DNA of 63,757 bases, counting the filler, from an uncultured Candidatus Sumerlaeota bacterium (GTDB taxonomy: Bacteria; CAYMEV01), in assembly GCA_964389675.1 (NCBI GenBank). It is 4 parts of 4 records of this genome, joined end to end, with 100 filler letters (N's around TTAATTAATTAA, not from the genome) between each part and the next. Parts side by side here need not be neighbours in the genome. Positions count along the whole stretch, not along the records: positions 17,851 to 34,320 come from CAYMEV010000036.1; 3 more parts are not named here. One strand, written 5' to 3'. How positions within the stretch are numbered: the stretch's first letter is position 1; each line of letters opens with the position of its first letter. A program made the position numbers and the translations under genes. Under the pieces are notes generated by a model. The model saw nothing but the letters and a program-made list of their open reading frames with translations. It ran no database searches and had not been told where the DNA came from. Shown piece by piece: positions 19,117-30,025 of this stretch.

Positions 19117-22100
19117 TTACTTTATTTTCAGCTGATGATCTATAGACCTTTTATGAAGAATCCCGCTTATATCAGTTCTGCTGTGAGATGATTCCAATAA
19201 ATTGTTCAGCTCCTTCTGCCTTTTCCTGTACATATAAGTGCGCTTTTTTTTATAAAGGGAGTCATAGTAATGAACAGCCTTTTTTATATAATCCTCTTTT
19301 GGGTCAAGATTATAGAGTTCATCGTAAATCAATGCCAGAGAATCTTCATCATTAAAATCATGGAGCAATGCCAGAATGGATCTTATGGCTGCATGCCTGT
19401 CTTTGCATGCAGATATCCTGATCGCCTGTATCCTGCACTGAAGCAGAGCATTTCTATGACCAGATCCTAATGCAATTTCCAGAGCCCGGTCATTAAAAAG
19501 GCCCGCATTTGATAAATCACCATCTTTCAAGCATATCCTGGATTTTTTCAGCAGCGGATCAGCCATCATTGCAGGCCTGGGTATAATCTCACTGTAGATG
19601 GATATTGACCTGTCAAAATAATCCAGTGCTTTTTCATAATCCTTCTGGTCATAGTATATATTTCCAATGGAATTATAGACATTTCCCACTTCTGTGCTGT
19701 CTCCAATCTCATTAAACACCTGCAGGGCTTCTTTGTAATATACTATGGCTTTTTCTGCCTGGCCTTTTTCCATATAAATATCGCCTATATCATATGCTGC
19801 ATTTGCTATTGCCCCTTTGTCGCCTGTTTTTCTTGATAGTTTTATATATGACTCCAGGGCTTTTATGGCTTTGTCATATTCACAGAGGATGTGGTAAAGG
19901 AATCCTATATTTCCCTCTGCTGCTGCAAAAGAATGCATATTGCCTGCTTTTCTGGATAGATCCCTGCATGTATTATAGCATTCGAGGGCTTTGGCAAATT
20001 CACCTTTTCTTTTATAAAGAGTGCCAAGATTGTTTGCTGCAATGCCATAACCTGCCATATCTCCAAGCTCTCTGGAAATATCCCTGAATATCAGCTGGTA
20101 TTCCATTGCCTTATCCAGGTCGCCCAGCATTTTATATACTATTCCAATATTGCCTGCAGTTCTCGCCATACCCTCTTTACACCCTATGCTGTGAAGGAAA
20201 TTATGGTGCTCAAGATAGCACTCCAGTGCCTGTTTATAATTTCCCTGGCTAAAATATACATTACCCTCATTCTCTGCTAATGCTGCAATTCCGGCTTTAT
20301 CACCGATCTTTTCTGCCAGCTTTCTGTATTTATCGAAATATTTGACTGCATTTGCATAGTCCGACTGCATATAGAAGATATTACCCAACTTTGACAGTGA
20401 GACCAGGACAGCCCTGTCATCTCCTGATTCACTGCATAATTTCTTATACATCATGAAATATCTGACTGCATTCTCAATATTTGATGTTTTGCTGCTATAG
20501 TTGCCGTAATTGTATACAGATTCAGCTATAAGCTTTTTGTCTCCCAGTTTTTTTGAATGCCTGAGGCTTTCATCAAACATCTCTTTTGCCTTATTCAGGT
20601 CCCCCTGATTTAAGAGGATATTTCCTAACTGATTATAGATTCTGCAGGCAAGAGCATTAATTTTCCGGTTTTTTGCAGCCTGCAGGCATTCTGAAAGGAC
20701 CTTTGAAGCTTCTTCCCACCTGCCTGTTATCTCCAGGTCTATTGATTTTTTTACTGATATATCAAGCATTTTATCAAGGTTCCCGGGCATCAGCCTTAAA
20801 GCAGTATCATACAGGGATACTGCCTTTTCATTGAGGTAGGTCGATGAGGCATAATCCGCGCTTCTCTCATAGAAGGATGATGCTTTGTCCAGGGCTTTCC
20901 CCTGCAGGTATTGATATGCAATTTCCTCATAATATTCAGGCCTGCTTAAATACAGCTTCTCCATTGTGTCAGCCAGCTTGAGGCTTGCTGAAGGCATATC
21001 TTCAATCTGGTTTCTCATCGTTTCCTTTATAAGATTGCTGCTGACAATATAGGAAAGTCTTTCATTGGAAATGACACTCCTTATTATTTCATGATGCTCA
21101 AGATCCTGAAGCATTCTGGAAATATCATGTTTTTCAGTATCCCCTGATAAGCATTTCAGTAATTCTGTGCTGAAATCTGTTCTCAGGAGTGATACTGCTG
21201 AGAGCAGATATTTCTGCCTCTCGTCCCTTATTATTTTCTCAAGGCGTGTTTTTATAATGTCTCTAAGGCGGGATGGTATTCCTGTCTCATATATAGGCCT
21301 TATAAGTTTCCAGTTTTTTCCTTTCCTTATTATTATTTTGTTTTCAATAAGCGACTTTATAAATTCACCCAGGAAAAGAGGATTTGCGCCTACCCTCTCG
21401 CTTATAGCTTCAATGGAGTCCTCCAGGCTTGCATCAATATAGACCCGTCCGAATACATTCTCAAGATATTCTCTGATGCCATCGAGTCCAAGGGGGTGCA
21501 GGTCTGTAACATCTGTATAGTCAGCGGACAGGATCTTTTTAATTGCTTTATTTGTATCAGAATCATTATCATTAATATTTGCATATATTTTCAGAGGGAC
21601 CCTTTTTCCACCGCTTATAGATATCCTGTGCATTAAAGCCATAAGTATCTCCGCTGACCCTTCATCAAGCCACTGCATATTATCAATTCCTAAAATTACA
21701 GTATTTTCCATTCCTTCTGCAAATTCCAGGATATAATCAGAAATATTCTGTATAATTCTGTTTCTGAGGGTAGAAATACTCTCTGAAGAATATAATGGAT
21801 CAACTCTGAAAAGGGCTTCCGGTCTATTCATGACTTGACTGATATATGGCAGGTATCTGGACAGATGCTCTTTGTTGTCCTGCAGTATCATCTGCTCGAG
21901 AATATCACGTATTGAATAATAGGGAAATGTCTCACCTTCAATGCAGATTGAATCAAAAAATGGAATGCTGTTTAGCCTGCAGTATTTCCTGAATTCAGAC
22001 AAAAGCCTTGTTTTTCCTATTCCAGAAGCCCCCCTGCATATCAGGACAGGCCTGGCATTATTCTTTAGAATCGTTTCTCTGATGCTATTCATTTCTTTTT

Positions 22101-23007
22101 CCCGGCCTGAAAAGGCATTGCCGAGTATATAGCTCCTGCTTGTCTCTTCTGTTTCTCCCGGGAATTCGGTACCGAGACAGGAATTTATCTCCTCAATTAT
22201 CTCATTTCCCGACTGATAGCGCTCATCTGCATGATAAGCCATCATCTTTTTGAGAATTTTAATTATATTCCTATTTTCAAGCATGGAAGTCCTTTCAATG
22301 AAATAATCATTAAATGATCTCTCATCTGCAATCAGCTGGAGTATTCCATGGTTATTCAGCCTGGATGAATCAAAGAAAGGAATGCATGCTAAAATCTCAA
22401 AAAGGACAAGCCCCAGGGAGAAAAAATCAGAAGAAACACTGATATTGCCTGTGAATGTATCCGGAGAAAGATAGGGAACAGTACCCCTGATGCTCTTATC
22501 TGTCTTATGCGAGAGCACTGATATGCCAAAATCCAGCAGTTTTACAGAATCTGAAGTCAGGAGGATGTTCTTTGGTTTGATGTCACGGTAGATGATATTC
22601 CTGCTGTGGATATAATCCAGTGCCCTGAGTATCTGGACTGTAATTTCCATGGCTTCAATTATGCCGGTTTTTTCCTTTCCTTCAAGGTAGCCGGAAAGGG
22701 TTACTCCCTGCAGGTATTCCATAACAATATAGTAGCTGTCTTTATCCTGTATGAAGTCATAAACCTGTGTAAGATTAGGGTGCTTCAGCCTTGTCATTAT
22801 ATCATATTCATTCTTGAATATTTCAATCCCGGCAGTCCTGTGTTTTGATAATATCCTCTGGTTTATGGCTTTCAGCGCGAACTTTATATTATCCCTGAGC
22901 AGGTCCTCGACCAGATAGACAAGCCCCATTCCGCCTTCTCCCAGTGTCCTGATGATCTTATACCGGTTGCTGATTATCCTGTTATTATTTTCTGCAGTCA
23001 TGGACAT
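19117..23007 (-). CDS. Ser/Thr protein kinase - STAND/AAA ATPase - TPR repeat protein
   Basis: LGEGGMG, ALK, YRDIKPKN, DFG; FSGREKE, GASGIGKT, LGIDNMQW, GANPLF; more than 10 TPRs. Confidence 0.92.
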   Translation of the reverse strand: MSMTAENNNRIISNRYKIIRTLGEGGMGLVYLVEDLLRDNIKFALKAINQRILSKHRTAGIEIFKNEYDIMTRLKHPNLTQVYDFIQDKDSYYIVMEYLQGVTLSGYLEGKEKTGIIEAMEITVQILRALDYIHSRNIIYRDIKPKNILLTSDSVKLLDFGISVLSHKTDKSIRGTVPYLSPDTFTGNISVSSDFFSLGLVLFEILACIPFFDSSRLNNHGILQLIADERSFNDYFIERTSMLENRNIIKILKKMMAYHADERYQSGNEIIEEINSCLGTEFPGETEETSRSYILGNAFSGREKEMNSIRETILKNNARPVLICRGASGIGKTRLLSEFRKYCRLNSIPFFDSICIEGETFPYYSIRDILEQMILQDNKEHLSRYLPYISQVMNRPEALFRVDPLYSSESISTLRNRIIQNISDYILEFAEGMENTVILGIDNMQWLDEGSAEILMALMHRISISGGKRVPLKIYANINDNDSDTNKAIKKILSADYTDVTDLHPLGLDGIREYLENVFGRVYIDASLEDSIEAISERVGANPLFLGEFIKSLIENKIIIRKGKNWKLIRPIYETGIPSRLRDIIKTRLEKIIRDERQKYLLSAVSLLRTDFSTELLKCLSGDTEKHDISRMLQDLEHHEIIRSVISNERLSYIVSSNLIKETMRNQIEDMPSASLKLADTMEKLYLSRPEYYEEIAYQYLQGKALDKASSFYERSADYASSTYLNEKAVSLYDTALRLMPGNLDKMLDISVKKSIDLEITGRWEEASKVLSECLQAAKNRKINALACRIYNQLGNILLNQGDLNKAKEMFDESLRHSKKLGDKKLIAESVYNYGNYSSKTSNIENAVRYFMMYKKLCSESGDDRAVLVSLSKLGNIFYMQSDYANAVKYFDKYRKLAEKIGDKAGIAALAENEGNVYFSQGNYKQALECYLEHHNFLHSIGCKEGMARTAGNIGIVYKMLGDLDKAMEYQLIFRDISRELGDMAGYGIAANNLGTLYKRKGEFAKALECYNTCRDLSRKAGNMHSFAAAEGNIGFLYHILCEYDKAIKALESYIKLSRKTGDKGAIANAAYDIGDIYMEKGQAEKAIVYYKEALQVFNEIGDSTEVGNVYNSIGNIYYDQKDYEKALDYFDRSISIYSEIIPRPAMMADPLLKKSRICLKDGDLSNAGLFNDRALEIALGSGHRNALLQCRIQAIRISACKDRHAAIRSILALLHDFNDEDSLALIYDELYNLDPKEDYIKKAVHYYDSLYKKKRTYMYRKRQKELNNLLESSHSRTDISGILHKRSIDHQLKIK

Positions 23008-23045
23008 AGATCTATATTAAATACCCGAATATCACAAAAATTATT

Positions 23046-26000
23046 TTATTCATCTTGCTGACCTTTAAGTATTTCAAGCCTTTTCTTATATTCAAACTGC
23101 GGGGTTTGTTCATAAAGAGAGGAGTATATGCCTTCTGCAGCTTTTTTATATTCTTCTTTTCCCGTAAGGAGAAAAAGCTCATAATTGATGTCAGCACTCC
23201 AGCTGCTTTTTGGATATTCATCCAGCATCCTTTCCAGTGACCTTACTGCAGATGAAATATCATTGGAAGCTGATATGACATAACCCTGTATTTCAGCGCT
23301 TATGATCATTGCTTCATCTTTTGTTTCCCTGGCAGTATTTTCCATTTCCCGGTTTGTTTTGATGGCTTCTTCAATCAGTCCCTTTTTATGGAGGATACTT
23401 GCCTTTTTATCCAGGAAGGCTGCAAGCTCTGAGCTTTTAATCTTTAATGTATAAAGCGTACTGATGGCTTTATCGAGATAATCCAGGGCTTTATCGTAAT
23501 TACCGAGCTCATAATATGCAGACCCGATAAATCCTTCAGCATTTCCAAAGCCCAGTTTATCCTTAATTTCCAGGGAAATATCCTGGTAAATCTTATAGTG
23601 TTTTAATGCTTTTTTGAACCTGCCCATTGTGCTGTAGAATATTCCCAGATTGCCGTTTGAAATGCCTATGCCCCATTTATTTCCTATTTCCTGAAATGTT
23701 TTCCTGCAGTTTTCACAAAATTTTATAGCCTCTGAATATCTCCCCGCATTAGCTGATAAAAGTCCCAGATTTCCCGAAGCGATTGCCAACCCCTGTTTAT
23801 CTCCTGTTTCCTGTGCAATCTTCAGGTGGATTTTATAGCACTCCTTTGCTTTTTCATGTTTTCCCAGCTTGTAATACACATTGCCCATGTTCCCTTCAGA
23901 CATTGCTATCCCAAGCTTATCACCAATTTCTTCAGCAATGTTCCTGGAAATTTTATGGTTCTTAAGGGCTTTTTCAAACTGGTTCATTCTGTAATATATA
24001 CTGCCGATATTACTTGCCGCTATCAGATAACCAACTTTGTTTCCTGTTTCCTCGGATATCTTTCTGTTTATACTATAACACTCCAGTGCTTTTTTGTATC
24101 TGCCAAGCGTGAAGTATACATTTCCCTTTTTTCTTACTGCACTGCTGATTCCCAGTTTGTCTCCTTTTTCAGTAAAGATCTTTATGGATTTATTGTAGTA
24201 CCCTATAGCCTGCTGGAACTTGCCCCTGATGAACATAAATCTTCCGTATCTCATGAGTGATTCTGCCAGAATCCCTCCAATGTTCATGGTGGTTGAAGTA
24301 TGGATGCAGTACTTGTAGATCTTTTCTGATTCGTCGAGCATTCCTGTAAGATCATAAAGGGCAGACAGCTTAAGCTTGATGGCAAGCTCTTTTTCAATAT
24401 CCCTTTCCTTCTTTTCTAAAACCAGCTTCAGGGCTATATCAAGATAACCGATGGCTCTGTCATTAAAGAAGTTCTTCGCTGAAATTTCAGCGCATTTCTC
24501 ATACCATACTATAGATTTTTCTATCATGCCGGATTCCAGGTAATGAAATGCAATCTCTTCAGAGTAATTATCTGATTCACTGATGCCCTCGAGTGTTTCA
24601 GCCAGCATCCTGCTTAATTCCCTCTTATTGTGGATACTTTCCCTTATATGGTCCTTTATCAGACTGCTTGAATAGGAAAAATATACCTCGTCATTTACTC
24701 TGGCAGATCGGATTACCTCAAGATTTTCCAGTTCCAGAAGTGTCTTTGCCGGTTTTTCCCCGGCTACTTTCTGAATAATACAGTTGGCTGTTTTTAAATT
24801 TAAGTCTATCCTTAATAGCGATAATATCTGCAGTATATGCTTTCTATTCACATCTTCAAAAAGGATTTGCAGCTTTTTGTTTATAAGTTCAATAATATTT
24901 GAGGGCAGGCCGGTATCCAGGACAGATTTCTTTAATACCCAGTACCTTTTGTGTTTCTTTATTACTTCATCATCGATCAGTGACTTAATGAATTCCCCCA
25001 GTATCAGAGGATTTCCGCCTACCCTTTCCCTGATATCCTGGATTGCTGCTCTTAAGCTGTTATCAATAAATTCAGAACCAAAGATATTCTCCAGGTACTC
25101 GATAACCCCCTTATCGTCAAGCGGAGTCAGGGTTATATGCTTTGCTCCATTCCTGCAGGATAAGTCTTTTATACTGCTGTTTTTATCAAGTTTGTTCTGA
25201 TTCAGGTTGGAGTAAATATACAGGCCGGGAAAATTATTATTGTCAATTGAGAAGCGGTAAAACAGGTTTTTTATAATTAGAATGGATCCTTCATCAACCC
25301 ACTGTATATCATCGAAATATAATATAACCCTGTTTTTCTTTCTTTTTGCAAATTCAATTATATAATCTGAAATATTATGTACCAGTATTTCCTGCATAAG
25401 CTTCGGATTGCCGGTAATTTCTATCTCTTTATAATCCTTTAGACTGGGTGAATTGGGAAGGATAGCTTTAAGGCGGTTTCCGAACCGCTTTAGCAATGCC
25501 CTGTCTGACTGAGTTATCATCTGTGACAGTATCTCTCCGATACACTGATATTCTTTGAAATTTCCCTCCATGCAGCCAGACTCAAAAAAATAGATATTAT
25601 TCAGCCTGCAGTATTTCTTAAATTCATTAAACAGCCTTGTTTTTCCTATTCCTGCCGGGCCGCTGTAGACAATGTAGAAATATCTGGCCTTTGAGGAAAG
25701 GTAATTTTTCAGGTTCTTCAGCTCTGATCTTCGGTTTGTAAATCCATTTCCAAGGACATAGCTTATCCTGGTATCTGATGTCTCAAGCTTATACTCAAAG
25801 CTGAGTTTCTCATTTATTTCCGCTATAATTTCAGAGCAGCTGCTGTACCTTTCTCCAGGATTATAGGATATCATTCTGCTTATTATTTTCTGTATAGATT
25901 TATTACTGACGGCATTAAGTTTCTCACTGATGTATTTAGTAAATCTGTCTCTGCTTTTCATCATTCTGATGAGCATATTTAAGTCCATCTTCCTTAAGTT

Positions 26001-26615
26001 GTAAAAGCGCTCTTCAGCAATGATCTCAAAGAATGTAATCCCCAGGGAAAAGATATCAGAAGAAGTGGTCAGTTCACCTGAGAGAGCTTCCGGGGATAAA
26101 TATGCAAAAGTACCCCTTATAAGTTCGTCTTTTTTCCCGGCAAGCCATGAGAGCCCGAAGTCCATAAGCCTTGCCCTGTCACGGAAAAGGATTATATTGC
26201 CCGGTTTAATATCCCTGTAGATGATATTCCTGCTGTGAATATACTCAATAGCTCTCAGGATCTGCACCAATATATCAATCTTCATATTCAGGCCCTTAAT
26301 ACTGCATTCAGTCAGCAGTTCCCCCTTCAGGTATTCCATTACAATAAACAGGTTATCGCCCTCTTTCCCGAATTCATATACCCTGGTCAGGTTTGGGTGC
26401 TTAAGCCTTGTCATTATCTCATATTCATTCTTGAAGATTTTAATTCCTTCATGCCTGTATTTAGTCAGTACTTCCTGTTTGATCATCTTTAATGCAAAAG
26501 GCATATTGTCCTTAAGTGAATCCTCTACAAGGTAGATTATTCCCATACCACCCCTGCCAAGTTCCCTTAATATCCTGTACCGGTTATTTATCAGAGTCCG
26601 GGCTGTATTACTCAT
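23046..26615 (-). CDS. Ser/Thr protein kinase - STAND/AAA ATPase - TPR repeat protein (tandem paralog)
   Basis: LGRGGMG, YRDIKPGN, DFG, YLSPE; GPAGIGKT, FDDIQW, GGNPLI; TPR array. Confidence 0.92.
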   Translation of the reverse strand: MSNTARTLINNRYRILRELGRGGMGIIYLVEDSLKDNMPFALKMIKQEVLTKYRHEGIKIFKNEYEIMTRLKHPNLTRVYEFGKEGDNLFIVMEYLKGELLTECSIKGLNMKIDILVQILRAIEYIHSRNIIYRDIKPGNIILFRDRARLMDFGLSWLAGKKDELIRGTFAYLSPEALSGELTTSSDIFSLGITFFEIIAEERFYNLRKMDLNMLIRMMKSRDRFTKYISEKLNAVSNKSIQKIISRMISYNPGERYSSCSEIIAEINEKLSFEYKLETSDTRISYVLGNGFTNRRSELKNLKNYLSSKARYFYIVYSGPAGIGKTRLFNEFKKYCRLNNIYFFESGCMEGNFKEYQCIGEILSQMITQSDRALLKRFGNRLKAILPNSPSLKDYKEIEITGNPKLMQEILVHNISDYIIEFAKRKKNRVILYFDDIQWVDEGSILIIKNLFYRFSIDNNNFPGLYIYSNLNQNKLDKNSSIKDLSCRNGAKHITLTPLDDKGVIEYLENIFGSEFIDNSLRAAIQDIRERVGGNPLILGEFIKSLIDDEVIKKHKRYWVLKKSVLDTGLPSNIIELINKKLQILFEDVNRKHILQILSLLRIDLNLKTANCIIQKVAGEKPAKTLLELENLEVIRSARVNDEVYFSYSSSLIKDHIRESIHNKRELSRMLAETLEGISESDNYSEEIAFHYLESGMIEKSIVWYEKCAEISAKNFFNDRAIGYLDIALKLVLEKKERDIEKELAIKLKLSALYDLTGMLDESEKIYKYCIHTSTTMNIGGILAESLMRYGRFMFIRGKFQQAIGYYNKSIKIFTEKGDKLGISSAVRKKGNVYFTLGRYKKALECYSINRKISEETGNKVGYLIAASNIGSIYYRMNQFEKALKNHKISRNIAEEIGDKLGIAMSEGNMGNVYYKLGKHEKAKECYKIHLKIAQETGDKQGLAIASGNLGLLSANAGRYSEAIKFCENCRKTFQEIGNKWGIGISNGNLGIFYSTMGRFKKALKHYKIYQDISLEIKDKLGFGNAEGFIGSAYYELGNYDKALDYLDKAISTLYTLKIKSSELAAFLDKKASILHKKGLIEEAIKTNREMENTARETKDEAMIISAEIQGYVISASNDISSAVRSLERMLDEYPKSSWSADINYELFLLTGKEEYKKAAEGIYSSLYEQTPQFEYKKRLEILKGQQDE

Positions 26616-26623
26616 AATAAAAT

Positions 26624-26651
26624 ATTCTATTATATTATTATATTATGTCAA
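26624..26651 (-). promoter_or_regulatory. Candidate sigma70 promoter of the kinase-STAND pair
   Basis: TTGACA (26651-26646), 16-nt spacer, TAGAAT (26629-26624), 8 nt before the ATG; no SD. Confidence 0.5.
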
Positions 26652-26935
26652 TCTGAAAGGAATATGTGGGCACCATTGCCTAAGCATTATGCTGCAATCC
26701 AATAGGATCAGAATTCATGGGATAATACAATATAAGTAATTATCAAAAGCATAAGAGGTTAAAAACTTCGTTTAATTTTGAAATCCAGATGCAAAATTGT
26801 AAAGATATTTTGCATTGCCATTGCAAATTTTCATATTAAAAAAAATCTTCGAATATAGGATCTGCATGCAGGAAAACGCACAGGCAGAATGAAAAATTTG
26901 AAAACTGGATGTTTAAGCCTTTTTCCTTTCCCGGG

Positions 26936-29900
26936 CTATTTTGCAGATACCCTGGTTTTTATATCCTCGAGGCTGACATATATGACAGGGACTATTATCA
27001 TGGTCAGGAATGTCCCGGCTATAAGACCGCTTGCTGCTACTATGCCGAGAGGGGACATCCTTTCAAGCCCTACCGCTGTCTCGAATACCAGGGGAGACAG
27101 GCCTATTACGGTGGAGGCCGTGGTCATCAGTATGGGCCTCAGCCTCAGGTCAACTGCCTGCTTTACTGCAGGGATCAGAGCAGTTTTATTTTTTCTTGCA
27201 TCATTTATAAAAGCCACAATAAGAATGGCATTATTCACTATAGTCCCGTTCAGCAGGATTATTCCCATCATTGCTGGCATGCTTACCGACTTGTTGAATA
27301 AAAGAAGCCCTAAAAAAGCCCCGGAGAGGGAAAAGGGTATTATTGACATTATGGTTATGGGATAGGAAAAGCTTTTCAGCATTATTACCAGAAGGAAATA
27401 GAGAAGGGCAAGCCCTATCAGCAGGGAGCTGAATACCCTGCCCATAGTGTTCTTCATTTCAGTGATATTCCCGCCGAGGCTTATTGTTACGTCTGAAGGG
27501 AGTTTTTCTGTTATGGGCCTTATCTTTTCCTCAATTTTCTGGTTGACAATGGATATGGGTATAATGTTATTGACTGCATATATATCTATGGTGTTTTTCA
27601 AATCCTGACGGGTATCAAGGGTTTTTGTCAGCCTTTCATCTATATTGACAAGGTTCTTAACAGGTATCTTTCCTGCAAAATCAAGGCTGTAAATGTCATC
27701 AATGCTTTCCAGCCCCTGCATCTTTATATAGACGGGTATATCCCTGAATGATTCAAGATAAAGGTTTCCTGCCGGTACCTGAGATACATTATTGCGTATA
27801 AAATAAGCTATATCCCGGAAACGCAGATTGAGGCTTTCGATCATAAGAGGCTTCGGGCTTATAATGTATTCCTTTCTGGCTATATGCCAGGACCTCTTTA
27901 GATCAACGACCCCTTTAAGGCTGCTCAGTTCTTCAATTACCTCATCTGCATAATCACTTATCTGCCTGTCGTCCCGGCCTGATATTATTATATTTATCGG
28001 TGATCTTATTGATGAATTTGGCGTAGCCCCGTATTCCGAAAGAGTTATGCTCAGCAGTTCAGGATACTTGTTGAATTTCTCCCTCCACCTGGAGGTAATG
28101 CTCCATATATCTTCCTTTCTTCTGTTTCTGGGAAGAAGGTTTATCTGCATGGATGCAGTCTGTATTGAGCTTCCCCCCTGTGAAAAGCTCATGGTATCGG
28201 GTTCAGATCCTATTACAGTTGATATTGATACAACAGAGGGCTCTTTCATTATTTCCTTTTCTACCCTTTCCACTATGCTGTTCATCTCCTCAAGGCTGTT
28301 ATTCGGGGCTGTCTCAAATGTGAAGTTTACAATTCCAGTATCCATAGGAGGCTGTACTGAGCGCCCTACTGTATTCATGGTGACCAGGACTATAACTGCT
28401 GTCATGACTGCCGTAAGGATGAGCGTTGCTGCCCTGTGCTTCAGTGCTTTATCCAGCAGGTTCAGGTAAAAGGCCTTTGTCCTGTCCTCCAGGTTTGTAT
28501 AAAAGCTGTTCATTTTCTTTTCAATAAGGCCTGGTTCTTTTTTTACAGCAAGAAGCCTGTTTACAAGCAGAGGAACAAGTGTAACAGACATCAGGAACGA
28601 AAAAAGCAGTGTTATCATTATGGTTGTTCCCAGGGGTTTCAGGACTGTCTGGGGGTAACCGCCTGTAAACATTACAGGGAAAAGGACTATTACCGTGGTC
28701 ATCATTCCCGCAAATACAGCAAAGGAGATCTCTTCAGACCCCTTTATGCTTGCTTTTCTGATACCCGTTCCCGGCTGTCCGGAAAGCCTTATTATATTTT
28801 CAAGTATGACCACTGATGCGTCGACCACCATTCCCACAGCAATTATCAGTGCTGAGAGTGTTACCATATTTAGTGTATAGGGAGAAAGGTACAGGTAGAT
28901 GAATGCTGACAGAAATGAGAGCGGTATGCTGATTGCAGTGATCAGGGATGTCCTTATCTGCCCTAAAAATACAAAAATTATTATTACTGTAAGGATTATG
29001 GCATAGATGAGTGAATTTACCATCCCCCTGATATTTACATCAATGAGAGGCTGCTGATCGGTTGTTATATCAAAATTGATATCGCTGTACCTGTCTTTCA
29101 GGATATTTATATGCTTTTTGATCTCATTTATAAGGTCAACGGTAGGAGCTTCATCAGTCTTAAGAATGTTCAGTGCAATAGCAGTCCTGCCGTTTCCCCT
29201 GTATAGGCTCCTTTCATCAGGTGATGAAAACCTTACCGATGCTATATCTTTCAGATATACAAGGGAAGAGTCATTTCTGGCTATTACTGTATTTTCAATA
29301 TCGTCGATGGAGTAAAAGCGGTTATCACTGGATAAGGGGAACTCACTTTCCCTGGATTCTATAATTCCTGAGGGTATGGTCAGGTTTTTGGACTGCATTC
29401 CCGTTATGATGTCATTGATTGTCATGTTATGCTGTTTCAGACTGTTGCGGTCAATGCTTATCATTATAGAAGGGGCATGCCCTCCGAATATCTCAACATC
29501 AGCTATTCCATCAATTCCAAAAAAATAATCCGACAGCTGATTCTCTGCAATAAGCCTTATATCCTGGAGTGTTTTTTCTGAGCCTTCCTCTGGTGTCAGG
29601 GCAATTGTAACCAGGGGCCTGGTATTATTCGTTATCTGATAGACCTGGGGACTGCCTGCATCTGGCGGAAGCTGGGGCCTGATGCGCTCTATCATGTTTA
29701 TTGTCTCAGCTGTCACATCCTGCAGATCCTTATAATAGTGAAAATCCACGCGGATTGATGATACCTCGTCCTTTGTGGTGGAGACTATATTATTTATTCC
29801 CGATATGCTTTTTAGCTGATTTTCAATGGGCTGGGTAATATTTACAGAGACCTTTTCTGCAGTAGAACCCCTCCATGTTGTCAGAACCACAAGCGTCGGG

Positions 29901-30025
29901 GGAGTGGAATCAGGGAACAGGTCCGTGGGTGAATTGAAGAATGCAAAAATACCCCCTGCCAGCAGAAAAAGCGACAGAGTAATTATAATATAAGGGTTTT
30001 TGAATGAATAGGATGTAAGGCTCAT
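26936..30025 (-). CDS. RND (AcrB/AcrD/AcrF family) efflux permease
   Basis: 1029 aa; DLFPD, AISIPLS, GMVVDASVVILENI, GTIVNNAI, RLRPILMT. Confidence 0.95.
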   Translation of the reverse strand: MSLTSYSFKNPYIIITLSLFLLAGGIFAFFNSPTDLFPDSTPPTLVVLTTWRGSTAEKVSVNITQPIENQLKSISGINNIVSTTKDEVSSIRVDFHYYKDLQDVTAETINMIERIRPQLPPDAGSPQVYQITNNTRPLVTIALTPEEGSEKTLQDIRLIAENQLSDYFFGIDGIADVEIFGGHAPSIMISIDRNSLKQHNMTINDIITGMQSKNLTIPSGIIESRESEFPLSSDNRFYSIDDIENTVIARNDSSLVYLKDIASVRFSSPDERSLYRGNGRTAIALNILKTDEAPTVDLINEIKKHINILKDRYSDINFDITTDQQPLIDVNIRGMVNSLIYAIILTVIIIFVFLGQIRTSLITAISIPLSFLSAFIYLYLSPYTLNMVTLSALIIAVGMVVDASVVILENIIRLSGQPGTGIRKASIKGSEEISFAVFAGMMTTVIVLFPVMFTGGYPQTVLKPLGTTIMITLLFSFLMSVTLVPLLVNRLLAVKKEPGLIEKKMNSFYTNLEDRTKAFYLNLLDKALKHRAATLILTAVMTAVIVLVTMNTVGRSVQPPMDTGIVNFTFETAPNNSLEEMNSIVERVEKEIMKEPSVVSISTVIGSEPDTMSFSQGGSSIQTASMQINLLPRNRRKEDIWSITSRWREKFNKYPELLSITLSEYGATPNSSIRSPINIIISGRDDRQISDYADEVIEELSSLKGVVDLKRSWHIARKEYIISPKPLMIESLNLRFRDIAYFIRNNVSQVPAGNLYLESFRDIPVYIKMQGLESIDDIYSLDFAGKIPVKNLVNIDERLTKTLDTRQDLKNTIDIYAVNNIIPISIVNQKIEEKIRPITEKLPSDVTISLGGNITEMKNTMGRVFSSLLIGLALLYFLLVIMLKSFSYPITIMSIIPFSLSGAFLGLLLFNKSVSMPAMMGIILLNGTIVNNAILIVAFINDARKNKTALIPAVKQAVDLRLRPILMTTASTVIGLSPLVFETAVGLERMSPLGIVAASGLIAGTFLTMIIVPVIYVSLEDIKTRVSAK

